From Nitrosopumilus sp. (GTDB lineage: Archaea > Thermoproteota > Nitrososphaeria > Nitrososphaerales > Nitrosopumilaceae): 64,000 bases of DNA. The position numbers and the translations under genes are program-made. Where the stretch lies: positions 704,001-768,000 of the forward strand of contig CBDBLX010000002.1 in the NCBI GenBank assembly GCA_965207445.1, in the 5' to 3' direction. The stretch's first letter is position 1, and each line of letters begins with the position of its first letter. The notes beneath the pieces are model-generated. The model was not told the DNA's origin, made no database searches, and saw only the letters and a list, made by a program, of their open reading frames with translations. Shown here in pieces: positions 54,642-64,000 of this stretch.

Positions 54642-55142
54642 CTACGGGGCCCTGACGTTAATGGAATGAGCAAGGACTTCGGGATAAGTGCACGGCATCG
54701 GGTTTTTCGTCTCTGCATCATAGTGCCAGAATTGGATGTATTTTCTGCCTTTCGTATCGGCCGTCCCGAGGTATTTATAAAATGACAAGTACGTGGTGTC
54801 TTGCCCTTGTCCTTCTATGCAACCAAAAGCAAATGTGGTGTTTACCGGATAGTTGTTGACGTACTCGAAGAATTTGGAATGGCCAGATCCGTCGACATAT
54901 GTTCCGTTGAAGATGATGGTCAGGGAATCGTCAAGCTCGTTGTGAAATATCGCCTTCATAAAATATGGATGTATAGTCATGTCAATTGGGATCATGTCCA
55001 AATGGGCAAATGTTGGATCCGTAGATATTGAATTTTTGATCGGCATTGTAAAGGTGTCATGTATGTAAATCGCGTTGTAACCTAGCAGGGCCAGTATGGT
55101 CGCCACCGCCACCACGGATGCCATCACAATCAAAGCTTTCAT
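54642..55142 (-). CDS. Membrane-anchored hypothetical protein
   Basis: N-terminal TM; two Cys; located in island. Confidence 0.7.
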   Translation of the reverse strand: MKALIVMASVVAVATILALLGYNAIYIHDTFTMPIKNSISTDPTFAHLDMIPIDMTIHPYFMKAIFHNELDDSLTIIFNGTYVDGSGHSKFFEYVNNYPVNTTFAFGCIEGQGQDTTYLSFYKYLGTADTKGRKYIQFWHYDAETKNPMPCTYPEVLAHSINVRAP

Positions 55143-55166
55143 TTTAAAAAAAAGGGGGGGTGGGGG

Positions 55167-55391
55167 TTAATTAACCCAATAGTAACTGCCGTCGGACTCT
55201 ACCTTTATTCCCAAAATCCAATCATGCGTTGCTTGTAGGTTCTTGTACGCAGTTGCGCAGGAGTTAATGTTTAGGCCGTCTTCTGTGTATTCGGTTCGCA
55301 GTGTGTTTGCGAGGTATGGGGTTGTTTCGACGCTGTTGATGACATTTTCAGGGCCAGAGTAATTATCACATGCGGATCCGTAAAAATACAT
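55167..55391 (-). pseudogene. Orphan C-terminal fragment of a probable secreted protein
   Basis: Open frame ending ...GSYYWVN*, cut upstream by IS66 sequence. Confidence 0.45.
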
Positions 55392-56327
55392 CCAAGCATC
55401 TCGATAAGCGTGTTCTGGCTTTTCTCCCGCACATGCGGCTCGGCGTTAACTCGCTGGCAATCATCCACATCATGCGGTACCTGACGATCTCGTACGACAA
55501 GATCGAAAAACCGTTCTCGATGATGTACCGCCGGAACCTTCCCATCTCCAGGCGCGAGGACGCCGACGCGCTCATGTCGGAGCAGCTTGAGCCCGTGTAC
55601 GACGATCTGATGGCCGGACTCAAGAACGCGGAAATCTTCGGGGGCAACGAGACCGGCTGGTACGAGAACGGGCGGCTGGGCTGGGCGTGGGTGTTCCAGA
55701 CCCCGGACGCCGTCGCGTTCCACCTCTCCGGCTCCCACAGCAAGGCCGTCTCAGAGGTGTTCCTGGGTGATTTTGACGGAATAACAGTGGGGGACTCGCA
55801 TCCTGCATGGAACGCGGTGGGGGGACGCGCTGCAAAAATACCTGCTACACTATTTCTGAGACTTGTACCGCACACTTGACCGCAGCAACAAAGCCGAGTT
55901 CGTCGGGCTCTTCGGCGAGCTGCGCTCCGTACTGAAGTTCGCGGTAAGCCTGCGCGGCAGACACGGGCGCGTCGCGGACATCCTGCGTGGAAGTATAACC
56001 CAGCTGCAGAACCGCATAAACGCGCTTGCGGCCCGAACCTACGCGGACGGCGACTGCAAAAGATACGCAAAGCGCCTGAGGCGGGAGAGAAACTCACTGC
56101 TGACGTTCCTGAGATACGACGGCGTCCCGTACCACAACAATGCAAGCGAGCAGGCCGTGCGGATATTCGCCATAATGAGGAAGATATTCTACGGTTGCAT
56201 GTCCGAAAAGAGACTAAAGACCACGGAGATACGCGAAACCGTATTCGTCATGTACGAGAGGCGCGGGATAAACCCCCACCACAAAACTTGCTCCAACAAT
56301 TATAATTCCAATAAAAATTACGAGTAA
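55390..56327 (+). pseudogene. 5'-truncated, frameshifted IS66-family (ISBst12-like) transposase
   Basis: 'NETGW...WAWVF', 'VGDSHPAWN', 'LLTFL...VPYHNNASEQAVR...RK'; GC-rich. Confidence 0.85.
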
Positions 56328-56369
56328 TCTAAAATAGATAAAACATGAATCATGAGTCACATACTTTGT

Positions 56370-56687
56370 CTACTTTTGCGTTGTATGTTCTATAGTTACA
56401 CAAAGTGTACTTGTAATTGGATTGTATATGTGGAGTCTCTCACACACACCTTTGATCTCATTTATGGCTGCATTGGCACTTGCGGATTTTATTGTAAACT
56501 TTAGCATCTTTGCAGTTCGTATGTCTAATATGTGATTGACGTCTGTGTCTTTTCGTTTATCACCATCATCACAATCATATTTTTTTTTCCCTTCCTTTAA
56601 CACAAGATCTTTTAAAATTGTTCTTCCTTCGGGATCACTTAGACCTGATTTGTTCTCTATTGTAGCTATGACTTTGAATTCTTCCAT
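56370..56687 (-). CDS. purS: FGAM synthase subunit PurS
   Basis: 'K.GLSDPEG.TI', 'IRTAK', 'IYNP'. Confidence 0.88.
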   Translation of the reverse strand: MEEFKVIATIENKSGLSDPEGRTILKDLVLKEGKKKYDCDDGDKRKDTDVNHILDIRTAKMLKFTIKSASANAAINEIKGVCERLHIYNPITSTLCVTIEHTTQK

Positions 56688-56728
56688 ACATCTGATATGG
56701 TGGCGTATTATCTATATTTTGTTTGTGT

Positions 56729-56810
56729 GTACCCGTTTGGCCTCCATACCTGCGCCAGACGTTAGGCGGTGAATTTGTGCCTAAGTTTGGGAAGGGGTTT
56801 GAACGGTTAT
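56729..56810. mobile_element. 82-bp MITE type A
   Basis: Conserved core; perfect TSD TGTTTGTGT. Confidence 0.88.
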
Positions 56811-56858
56811 TGTTTGTGTCAAATATTGGAATTTATACTAGGAATAAGTTGTGTCATT

Positions 56859-57326
56859 ATGGCAAGAAATAGATCGCGATATTGGAAGTTAGAGCCTAGT
56901 GATATGAACGAGTTAAAGTACGATGAGTCAAAATTATTAAACTGGGAGATAAAATGCACAAAACAACCCGAAGAGGAAGCTCGGTTCATTGGTGTCTTTA
57001 TGTATCGAAATGGAACTCCTTATGATTATGAAGTGATAAAAGGAGTATGTTATTACTATAACAATATTAGTAGAGATGATCTACCTGCTATTACTGCATT
57101 TTTACAAAAACGATTTGGTGGCAAGGCTATGGAAAAGGGTGAGCGCATATTATTATCTGGTTCTACTGAGGTGTATTCGCCCTCTGAGATACGCGATCTT
57201 GCATTGGCGCTGGCATCAGAATTTGATCTCATGCCGATCATATCATTGGAGTTTGAGGGTCCAACACAAGAGGAGTTGAAAGATGCAGGACTGCCAGAGG
57301 CAAAACTCTTACCAATTCCTACGTAA
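56859..57326 (+). CDS. Conserved thaumarchaeal hypothetical protein
   Basis: Likely start MARNRS at 56859; the track start lies inside the MITE. Confidence 0.7.
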   Translation: MARNRSRYWKLEPSDMNELKYDESKLLNWEIKCTKQPEEEARFIGVFMYRNGTPYDYEVIKGVCYYYNNISRDDLPAITAFLQKRFGGKAMEKGERILLSGSTEVYSPSEIRDLALALASEFDLMPIISLEFEGPTQEELKDAGLPEAKLLPIPT

Positions 57327-57344
57327 TTACTACATATTGCGATA

Positions 57345-58148
57345 ATGTCGAATCTTGAAGGGTTTGGTGAGCATGCCGAAGAGCTGCGTAAGAGGGCTGT
57401 TCGTGCTGTGTTGGCAGTTGCCATAATTACGATATTCATACTGACGTTTCATATAGAACCATACCAATTAAACTCAAATATTGTGATATACTATCCTACT
57501 CCACAACCACTAGACAATATCGCAGCTCAAATTACTGGACACTTACGTGACGCACTTGTCCCTGATACAGTACAATTGATCCAGACTGCGCCTGGCGAAG
57601 CATTTTTTGCGCAAATATACATTGCTGCTTTGGTTGGTATGGCCGTTGCAATGCCTATTATCGTTCGTGAGGTTTCCTCGTTTATCGGGCCTGCATTGGC
57701 AGAAAATGAGATACATGTGGGTAGAGCAATATCACTTCCTGCAATAGGATTGTTTGCAGTTGGTTGTCTGTTTTCATATCAACTAGTTGTGCCATACATA
57801 CTGGACTTTTTGTACAGATATGGAGAATCTTCTGGACTGGTGACATTTTTGAATGTTATAGATTTTGTCACGTTTGTTTTACAATTTTTGATTGCATTTG
57901 GCATATCGTTTCAGCTCCCTCTTGGTATGTATGCAATAACAATGTCTGGTATGGTTGATCCTGACTTTTGGAAAAAGAATGCACGATATGCTATAGTAAT
58001 CATTGTAATATTTGGTGCTGTAATAACACCTGATGGGAGTGGTGTTACGATGTGGTTTATTGCAATTCCAATGATCGCATTGTATGCTGCTGGTACATTG
58101 TTTATAATACAAAAAGCCAAGAAATCTCAGAGTACTAGATCTGTTTGA
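57345..58148 (+). CDS. tatC: Twin-arginine translocase TatC
   Basis: 'EHAEELRKR', 'FIGPAL', 'FQLP', 'ITPDG'. Confidence 0.95.
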   Translation: MSNLEGFGEHAEELRKRAVRAVLAVAIITIFILTFHIEPYQLNSNIVIYYPTPQPLDNIAAQITGHLRDALVPDTVQLIQTAPGEAFFAQIYIAALVGMAVAMPIIVREVSSFIGPALAENEIHVGRAISLPAIGLFAVGCLFSYQLVVPYILDFLYRYGESSGLVTFLNVIDFVTFVLQFLIAFGISFQLPLGMYAITMSGMVDPDFWKKNARYAIVIIVIFGAVITPDGSGVTMWFIAIPMIALYAAGTLFIIQKAKKSQSTRSV

Positions 58149-58283
58149 TCTGTATGTCTATAGATCTCTATTTGGATATTTTTTATAATTATATTTTTAT
58201 ATAATAAAGTGACGTATAATGATTTATAAGCTGTAATGATCATAAACTGTAATGATCTATAAACTATAATGATAATTTAAGAA

Positions 58284-59060
58284 TTATGCCGTTGTCTGTT
58301 GTTCAATAACCCAGTCGTATCCATCTTTTTCGAGCTTGTCTGCTAGTGAAGCGTCACCAGTCTTTAATATCTGTCCGTTTGCAAATACATGAACATAATC
58401 AAGCTTGTCCAAAAATCTGAGTATACGTGCATAGTGTGTAATGACAACTATCGTAGAGTCGACTCCTGAGACTTGACTAATTGCCTTTGCAACTGCCTGT
58501 ACTGCATCAATGTCTAATCCTGAATCTGGTTCATCTAGTATTGATATTTTTGGTTTTAGTACTGCCATCTGTAATACTTCTGCACGTTTTTTTTCACCAC
58601 CTGAAAATCCCTCATTAAGATATCTTGATAGAAACTCTTCTTTCAATCCAACTTTTTCTAAATTCTCTTTTAAATATTTTTGAAATTCACGTACTGTAAT
58701 GAATACCTCTCTGTCATCTCCCTCAAGTGCCTTACTAAGTGAGTTGTATGCAGTCCTCAAAAAGTGTGAAAATCCTACACCTGATACTTCTGTTGGGTAC
58801 TGGAATCCCAAAAACAGTCCTCTTTTTGCTCTCTCATCTGCTGTCATCTCTAGTATACTCTGTCCATCAAGCAGTATGTCTCCTTGTGTTATCTCATATT
58901 TTGGGTGCGCTAGCAATGTGTATGCAAGTGTGCTTTTACCTGACCCATTTGGACCCATTATGGCATGAACTTGTCCTGGACCTGTCTTTAGGTTTACACC
59001 TTTGAGTATCTCTTTGCCGTCTCTATTGACGTGCAAGTCTTTAATCTCAAGTACTGCCAT
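58284..59060 (-). CDS. sufC: Fe-S cluster assembly ATPase SufC
   Basis: 'GPNGSGKST', 'FQYP', 'NEGFSGGEKKR', 'DEPDSGLDIDA'. Confidence 0.95.
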   Translation of the reverse strand: MAVLEIKDLHVNRDGKEILKGVNLKTGPGQVHAIMGPNGSGKSTLAYTLLAHPKYEITQGDILLDGQSILEMTADERAKRGLFLGFQYPTEVSGVGFSHFLRTAYNSLSKALEGDDREVFITVREFQKYLKENLEKVGLKEEFLSRYLNEGFSGGEKKRAEVLQMAVLKPKISILDEPDSGLDIDAVQAVAKAISQVSGVDSTIVVITHYARILRFLDKLDYVHVFANGQILKTGDASLADKLEKDGYDWVIEQQTTA

Positions 59061-59259
59061 TATTGCGTATTTTTAGAGTCGATATATAATACAGACGATA
59101 TTTAGCTAATCCTAAGATTGAGTGATTTTTATTGACACATTGCGCTAAAATGACGGGTAATATTAAAATATAATTATATTCATAACATATCCAACAAACA
59201 TGATATTTAGATCAAAAAATAATAAAAAAAAGGATGGTGGTGTTTGTACAACCTTACCT

Positions 59260-60213
59260 TTACGAGTGTTTACCTTTGGCAGATGGCTTTAGTGATATCT
59301 TGATCTTATAATTTGCCAAGATCTCCCTGCACCTGTTTCGTATAGTGACTTCTGTCACTTCAGCTACAGTTGATATCTCTCTCTGCGGTATGCCATGTCC
59401 CAATAATACTGATGACATGTACAGGTATGCTGCTGCTACTCCGTGTGGGGATTTCCCATTCATTAAGGCTGCATTTTGTGTCTTTTTTGCTATCTCTAGT
59501 GCTAGTCTCAGAATTTTTGTGTCAACTTGGATCATGTTTGCGTACTTTGAGATGTATTGGTCTGTGGTTATTGCGGGTGTATTTATCTGCTCAACTTCAA
59601 TTACTATATTACGATAGTATCTTGAGGCTAGTCTGATTTTGGGTTTTTTTGTCTTGCTTGTTTTTGTTGCAATCTCTTCTATTGTTCGGACTACTCCGCA
59701 TTGTTTACAGGCCATATACAGTATGGCTGCTGCCATTCCCTCAACTGACTTGCCTTTGATGCTTGTTTGGCTATCTATATTTCTGTACAGTATGGCTGCA
59801 GTCTCTAGTACTGTTTTTGGAAGGTTGAGGATTTCTGCTGCTGCTCCCATAACTGCGAGTGCAGTGGCCAATCTTCTCTCACTTGGTCCTGCTACTCTGA
59901 TTCGTTTTTGCCAGTTACGGAGACTGTTCATCTGGGCTGCTATGCGACGATCTATCATCTTACCACTAAAGTCTTTTGTACCATTACTGATGATCGTAGA
60001 CACCCCCAAGTCGTGTTGACTGTATGTGTTGTGTCCTGTTGCCCTCGAGTTTTTGAGTTTTTCCTCTAAACTGAAGCCTGCATTTTCTTGATAATCTACG
60101 GTGTGGCTGTCTATAACAATTCCACATCCTGTGCAGATCGTCTCTCCATTCTCTTCGTCGTCTATTAGCACTGAGTTGCACTCTTGACAGAGTTGTTTTT
60201 TTAACATACTCAT
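59260..60213 (-). CDS. tfb: Transcription initiation factor IIB
   Basis: Zn ribbon CQEC...CTGCG; cyclin repeats; 'VTEVTIRNR'. Confidence 0.95.
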   Translation of the reverse strand: MSMLKKQLCQECNSVLIDDEENGETICTGCGIVIDSHTVDYQENAGFSLEEKLKNSRATGHNTYSQHDLGVSTIISNGTKDFSGKMIDRRIAAQMNSLRNWQKRIRVAGPSERRLATALAVMGAAAEILNLPKTVLETAAILYRNIDSQTSIKGKSVEGMAAAILYMACKQCGVVRTIEEIATKTSKTKKPKIRLASRYYRNIVIEVEQINTPAITTDQYISKYANMIQVDTKILRLALEIAKKTQNAALMNGKSPHGVAAAYLYMSSVLLGHGIPQREISTVAEVTEVTIRNRCREILANYKIKISLKPSAKGKHS

Positions 60214-60539
60214 CTTGTTTCTCTTCTCCTAGTTTTTCGTGTGTTTTGTTGAAATTGTTGACGTTTATTGCTTTTTTGTTGTTGTGGATGGTGATGTTGT
60301 TGTTGTTGCTTGTTATGTATGGCAAAGATCACCTTGCCGACATGCTTTTTGATGTTGTTTGTTAGCGGTATGGCTGATGCAAGAGGATCTCTAGTTGGAC
60401 CTATAAGCTCCATTACCTTTGCCACTCGCGTGCCTGTTTTATCACAGAGTATCTGACCCTCTTCAATAGGCTCATCAATACTTATGATTACTCTACCACT
60501 ACCTGCTATGTGTAGTATTTCGCCAATTTTCTTCAACAC
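60210..60539 (-). CDS. gar1: H/ACA RNP subunit Gar1/Naf1
   Basis: 'GEILHIAGSGR...VAKVMELIGP..P'; operonic with tfb. Confidence 0.8.
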   Translation of the reverse strand: MLKKIGEILHIAGSGRVIISIDEPIEEGQILCDKTGTRVAKVMELIGPTRDPLASAIPLTNNIKKHVGKVIFAIHNKQQQQHHHPQQQKSNKRQQFQQNTRKTRRRETR

Positions 60540-60625
60540 AATTGGTTGAATTGGATTGTTTATGTGATAGCTTGGTCAAAAAGCTTAGAGTTGTTAGTTA
60601 ATTTATTTAGACTTTATTAATTTGA

Positions 60626-60931
60626 TCATTTTTTCTTATTCTTTGCCCTTTTTGCAAGCAGCGCTTTTGATATCATGTCTAGTATGATGCCTTTGGTTTT
60701 GTCTGTTTTTGGAGTTGTGATGTATCCAGATTTGACATGAGATCTCTTTGGCAAACGTGCCTTTTCATTGGTATCAGTAATCTCAAGCCCTGCTGATGTG
60801 GCAGAATCTATCAACTCTTTTAATGATGGATCAAATACACATCTTGCACGGCCCAGTCTGCGACCCTTTGATTTTTTGAGATTCTTGTTAAAATAGTCTA
60901 GCCATACAACAACATGATCGTAGTCTTTCAT
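60626..60931 (-). CDS. srp19: Signal recognition particle 19 kDa protein
   Basis: 'VVWLDYFN..L..S.GRR'. Confidence 0.88.
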   Translation of the reverse strand: MKDYDHVVVWLDYFNKNLKKSKGRRLGRARCVFDPSLKELIDSATSAGLEITDTNEKARLPKRSHVKSGYITTPKTDKTKGIILDMISKALLAKRAKNKKK

Positions 60932-61046
60932 TTCATTCTTGTTTGTTGTTGTGATAATATCTATTTTTTGATTTGTGGTTTAGTGTTTTTATTTGGGATA
61001 TTTACTAAAACAAGGTTTTTATTTCAACACCAACTCAATTGTGTTA

Positions 61047-61214
61047 TTGAGTAGTAAGAAAAAGTCTGCACCTCTACCTGCGTCTAGCGGAGGACTCATG
61101 CGATTTTTTGAAGATGAGACCAAAGGTTTCCGAATAGATCCTCGAATCGTGGTATCGATTCCAATAAGTTTGATTGTCGTATCTTGGGCACTTGAACTCT
61201 TTTTGGCGCCGTGA
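61047..61214 (+). CDS. secG: Preprotein translocase subunit Sec61beta
   Basis: 'LPASSGGLMRFFEDE...IDP' plus TM; likely TTG start at 61047. Confidence 0.88.
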   Translation: MSSKKKSAPLPASSGGLMRFFEDETKGFRIDPRIVVSIPISLIVVSWALELFLAP

Positions 61215-62968
61215 GCACAATGGACGAAAAATCTGACGATGGCGTCTCTGTGATACATAATCGATTTTCACTTACACTTGTCAATCCTGCGTCACATTAC
61301 TTTTCACTTGTTGTCTCACTTGTCATTGCAATTGTAATATCAGTTTCAATACACATATTTTACCTTCCTGACTCTGAGTATATTTTAACTAGTACACTTG
61401 CAGTCGCTGTGGTACTATTTCTAACTCAGCTATTAGATACTCGTTTTACAAGAAAGAAAGAGTACTCTAAATCCTTACACTCTTCTCTCTTTGCCAATCT
61501 GTTGTGGCTTGCATCTATCTTGTCTGGAATTGTGGCGGGATTTGTGCTTGGAAAAGAGCTGACATCTTTCTTTATTGTCTTTGGCATGCTTTTATTTGCT
61601 AGCTTTAGAATCGGCATATATACTACAACACTTGGTGTGTCATTGAGACGTGCATGGGCAATATGTATGGTTCAACCACTTGCAATGTTTTTGGTGTTTG
61701 TGCCCTATGAGATGTGGATTGATATACTGTTTGATCCATTGGCATTGGCGTATGGTATATCATTTATGATCATTGCATCTGTTTGGTCACACTTGACTGA
61801 TGTGGCAGGACGTCCTGGTATGGAGAGCACCCACAAGACTATTCAGGCATATCTGGCATCTCAAGTCGGTGACTATGAAGATGCTGAAAATATAATGGAG
61901 CAACGTGCACATGTTGCAAAAGTTTCAACTGCACAGATACGTCTGACACCAAAAGAAAAAGGTGATTCTGATTTTAGAATGGTGTTGCCTGATATTCATC
62001 CTGGACCTTACCATCCTGTTGGAGGAAGCAACGTACCTTATTTGATTTACAAGAATCTCTCATCATCTGCAATGGTTATGCATAGTGTCTCAGACCATGC
62101 GCTTAATTTACCATCTAGGCATGAGGTTGAAACCTATCTAAAGTCACTTGAGCAGTATAGTGTGACAGAAGATGGTTTGTTGTGCACTGAACCTGTCACG
62201 GTGACTATAAACCGTGCTCGTGTGACTGGTCTGTTGTTTGGACGACGTCCTCTGATATTTTTGTCCCTTTCTCCTCATGGTATGGAAGATGTGCCAAGTT
62301 ATATCAAAGCTGAAATTGAACAATATGCAAAAAATCGTGACTATACGGGTGCACTTGTTGTAGACTGTCACAATGCAATGGGTACATTGATATCTGATGC
62401 AGATGCTCAAGATATGTTAAAGGCTGCAAAGTCATGTCTTGACAATCTAGTCTCACGCGATACATTTCCAATAGAATTTGGCTATGCCAACTCTGATGAT
62501 ATGGATGTTGTAGCCAATGATTTGGGTTTGGGTGGATTGGGTATAATTTGTTTGAAAATAAACAACAAACGACACTATATTGGATGGGCAGATGCTAACA
62601 ATATGGAGAATGGTGTACGTGAGCAGATAATTGAACATCTTGCATCCAAGGGACATGTAATGCTTGAGATATGTACATCTGATACACACTTTTCACGTGT
62701 AAAGGTGAGAAATCGCAATGGATATAATCACCTTGGTCTGGTGACTTCTACTGAACAACTCTCAGAATGGTTTGAAAAATTAGCCTTTACTGCTCAGCAA
62801 AAGACCGTGTCTGCTACATTTGAGATACTAGAGCATGAGACTGATATACGTGTCATGGGCAGTGGTATATTTGATGACTATTCAAAAGCATTAGAGAACT
62901 CGTTGAGAATAACAAAATACTTTGCGCTTGGGGGTGTTGCACTGTTCCTGACCAGCCTGTTTTTGTGA
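61211..62968 (+). CDS. DUF2070 family membrane protein
   Basis: N-terminal TMs; 'IHPGP', 'DCHN', 'DANN', 'TSDTH'. Confidence 0.88.
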   Translation: MSTMDEKSDDGVSVIHNRFSLTLVNPASHYFSLVVSLVIAIVISVSIHIFYLPDSEYILTSTLAVAVVLFLTQLLDTRFTRKKEYSKSLHSSLFANLLWLASILSGIVAGFVLGKELTSFFIVFGMLLFASFRIGIYTTTLGVSLRRAWAICMVQPLAMFLVFVPYEMWIDILFDPLALAYGISFMIIASVWSHLTDVAGRPGMESTHKTIQAYLASQVGDYEDAENIMEQRAHVAKVSTAQIRLTPKEKGDSDFRMVLPDIHPGPYHPVGGSNVPYLIYKNLSSSAMVMHSVSDHALNLPSRHEVETYLKSLEQYSVTEDGLLCTEPVTVTINRARVTGLLFGRRPLIFLSLSPHGMEDVPSYIKAEIEQYAKNRDYTGALVVDCHNAMGTLISDADAQDMLKAAKSCLDNLVSRDTFPIEFGYANSDDMDVVANDLGLGGLGIICLKINNKRHYIGWADANNMENGVREQIIEHLASKGHVMLEICTSDTHFSRVKVRNRNGYNHLGLVTSTEQLSEWFEKLAFTAQQKTVSATFEILEHETDIRVMGSGIFDDYSKALENSLRITKYFALGGVALFLTSLFL

Positions 62969-63055
62969 TGGCTTTATAATGCTTGTGTGATTTTATAATG
63001 TTTAATCATTAAAAACATTATTTTTTACTATTCTTTTTATAATAGTATTATTATT

Positions 63056-63712
63056 TTATTGATGCTGCTGTGGCTGCTGTGGCTGTGCGTCATCTATCAT
63101 TCTCATTTTGTCTAAATTCCCATAAAATTCGTCTACAAATGATGAAAATTTTGCAATGGGTACTATGGGAACATTATTCACATACTCTGTATCGTGGTCA
63201 TGTAGAGTTACTATCACTGGTGCTGCAATTGCTCCCTGTGTCTCTGCTACATAACGACGAGTACGTTCTATCTGTTTTTCAACCACTTTTGATATTGCAG
63301 ATGGCGCGGTGTATTTCCAGTGCTTGCAATCTATTAACATTGCAATTCCCATGCGTATTGCAACTATATCTATCTCAATTACAGGTGATTTGAATCTAAG
63401 ATTCTGCATTACTGCAAAATTTTTTGCCGCAAGTATCTCTGTTGCCAACCCTTCAAAATCTCTCCAATCTATCTGAGGCGCTACCTCATCAAGTGAAACT
63501 CCATATCTATCAAGCAACATGATTGCTACTTTTAACTTGTCTCCTCGCTCAAAATAATAAGTTTCATTTGCAACATGACCAATATTCTCGTCCACTAGGC
63601 TATCTAGTATCATTTGTGACTCTTGTATATTATTACCTGTCACTGCACTGTAATCTCTTGTTGATATTCCTCCGCTGATCATCCCATGCAATATGCGGCT
63701 TGTCATATTCAT
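63056..63712 (-). CDS. Restriction endonuclease-like (Mrr/PD-(D/E)XK) protein
   Basis: 'WRDFEGL', 'EIDIVA...IDCKHW'. Confidence 0.8.
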   Translation of the reverse strand: MNMTSRILHGMISGGISTRDYSAVTGNNIQESQMILDSLVDENIGHVANETYYFERGDKLKVAIMLLDRYGVSLDEVAPQIDWRDFEGLATEILAAKNFAVMQNLRFKSPVIEIDIVAIRMGIAMLIDCKHWKYTAPSAISKVVEKQIERTRRYVAETQGAIAAPVIVTLHDHDTEYVNNVPIVPIAKFSSFVDEFYGNLDKMRMIDDAQPQQPQQHQ

Positions 63713-64000
63713 TAACTGTTTTTAGAAAATTGTGTTATATAGTTGAACTAGTATTATTATTATTATTATTATTATTGTACCTGTGGATTAGCATTGCATG
63801 AAATCTTGAGTAATCTCGTAGATACTTTTTAGGAACTACTTGTATAACTGATTCATATCATCTGTACAAATAATTTTATATAACAACATGTTACGGAACA
63901 CTCTATTACTATGAAACTGACTTAATTATTTCTGCTCATTTATACAAAATCAAACTTTGTTTGATTTGAGATGATCTTATGTGTAATTTAACTATATTCT

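Noticed and set aside
55271..56145. Long minus-strand ORFs in GC-rich DNA (also 47842-48586)
   Set aside because: Antisense frames of IS66 remnants, open because of high GC.
24027..56810. Dispersed repeats as a CRISPR array
   Set aside because: Copies are kilobases apart with TIRs and TSDs; no regular repeat-spacer array or cas genes.
58284..59060. sufC without adjacent sufB/D as operon breakage
   Set aside because: To my recollection a stand-alone sufC next to tfb is normal in this family; no IS scar here.
63056..63712. Mrr-like nuclease as a defence island
   Set aside because: Sits among core genes with host-like composition and no partner genes.

Overview
64-kb AT-rich chromosomal segment of an ammonia-oxidising archaeon (Thaumarchaeota, Nitrosopumilaceae-like). 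The assignment rests on TFB, Gar1, SRP19, Sec61beta, DUF2070, IPxWxKxxAxWW-repeat proteins and an intron-containing tRNA. The backbone is housekeeping: ABC exporter, PepF, PdaD, CysRS, NadE, AhcY, MetRS, UbiX, Tat, heme genes, purSQLF, SufC, tRNA-Thr(TGT) and tRNA-Leu(CAA). A dense mobilome overlies it. (1) A composite element of two ~232-bp non-coding TIR elements, bounded by one 9-bp target duplication, carries an uncharacterised gene coupled to a decayed PD-(D/E)XK nuclease (candidate new defence module). (2) Five co-oriented ~81-bp IS66-type MITEs each have a 9-bp TSD. (3) An intact ISH3-family IS sits inside a dead IS66 transposase. (4) Two copies of a 116-bp hairpin element head GC-rich islands, one of which separates purS from purQ. 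(5) IS110, ISH3, IS66 and IS1595 remnants are present. purL appears to start at CTG. Many core proteins carry microsatellite-derived extensions, which would fit a host-associated lineage (inference). All calls were made by eye, without database searches.
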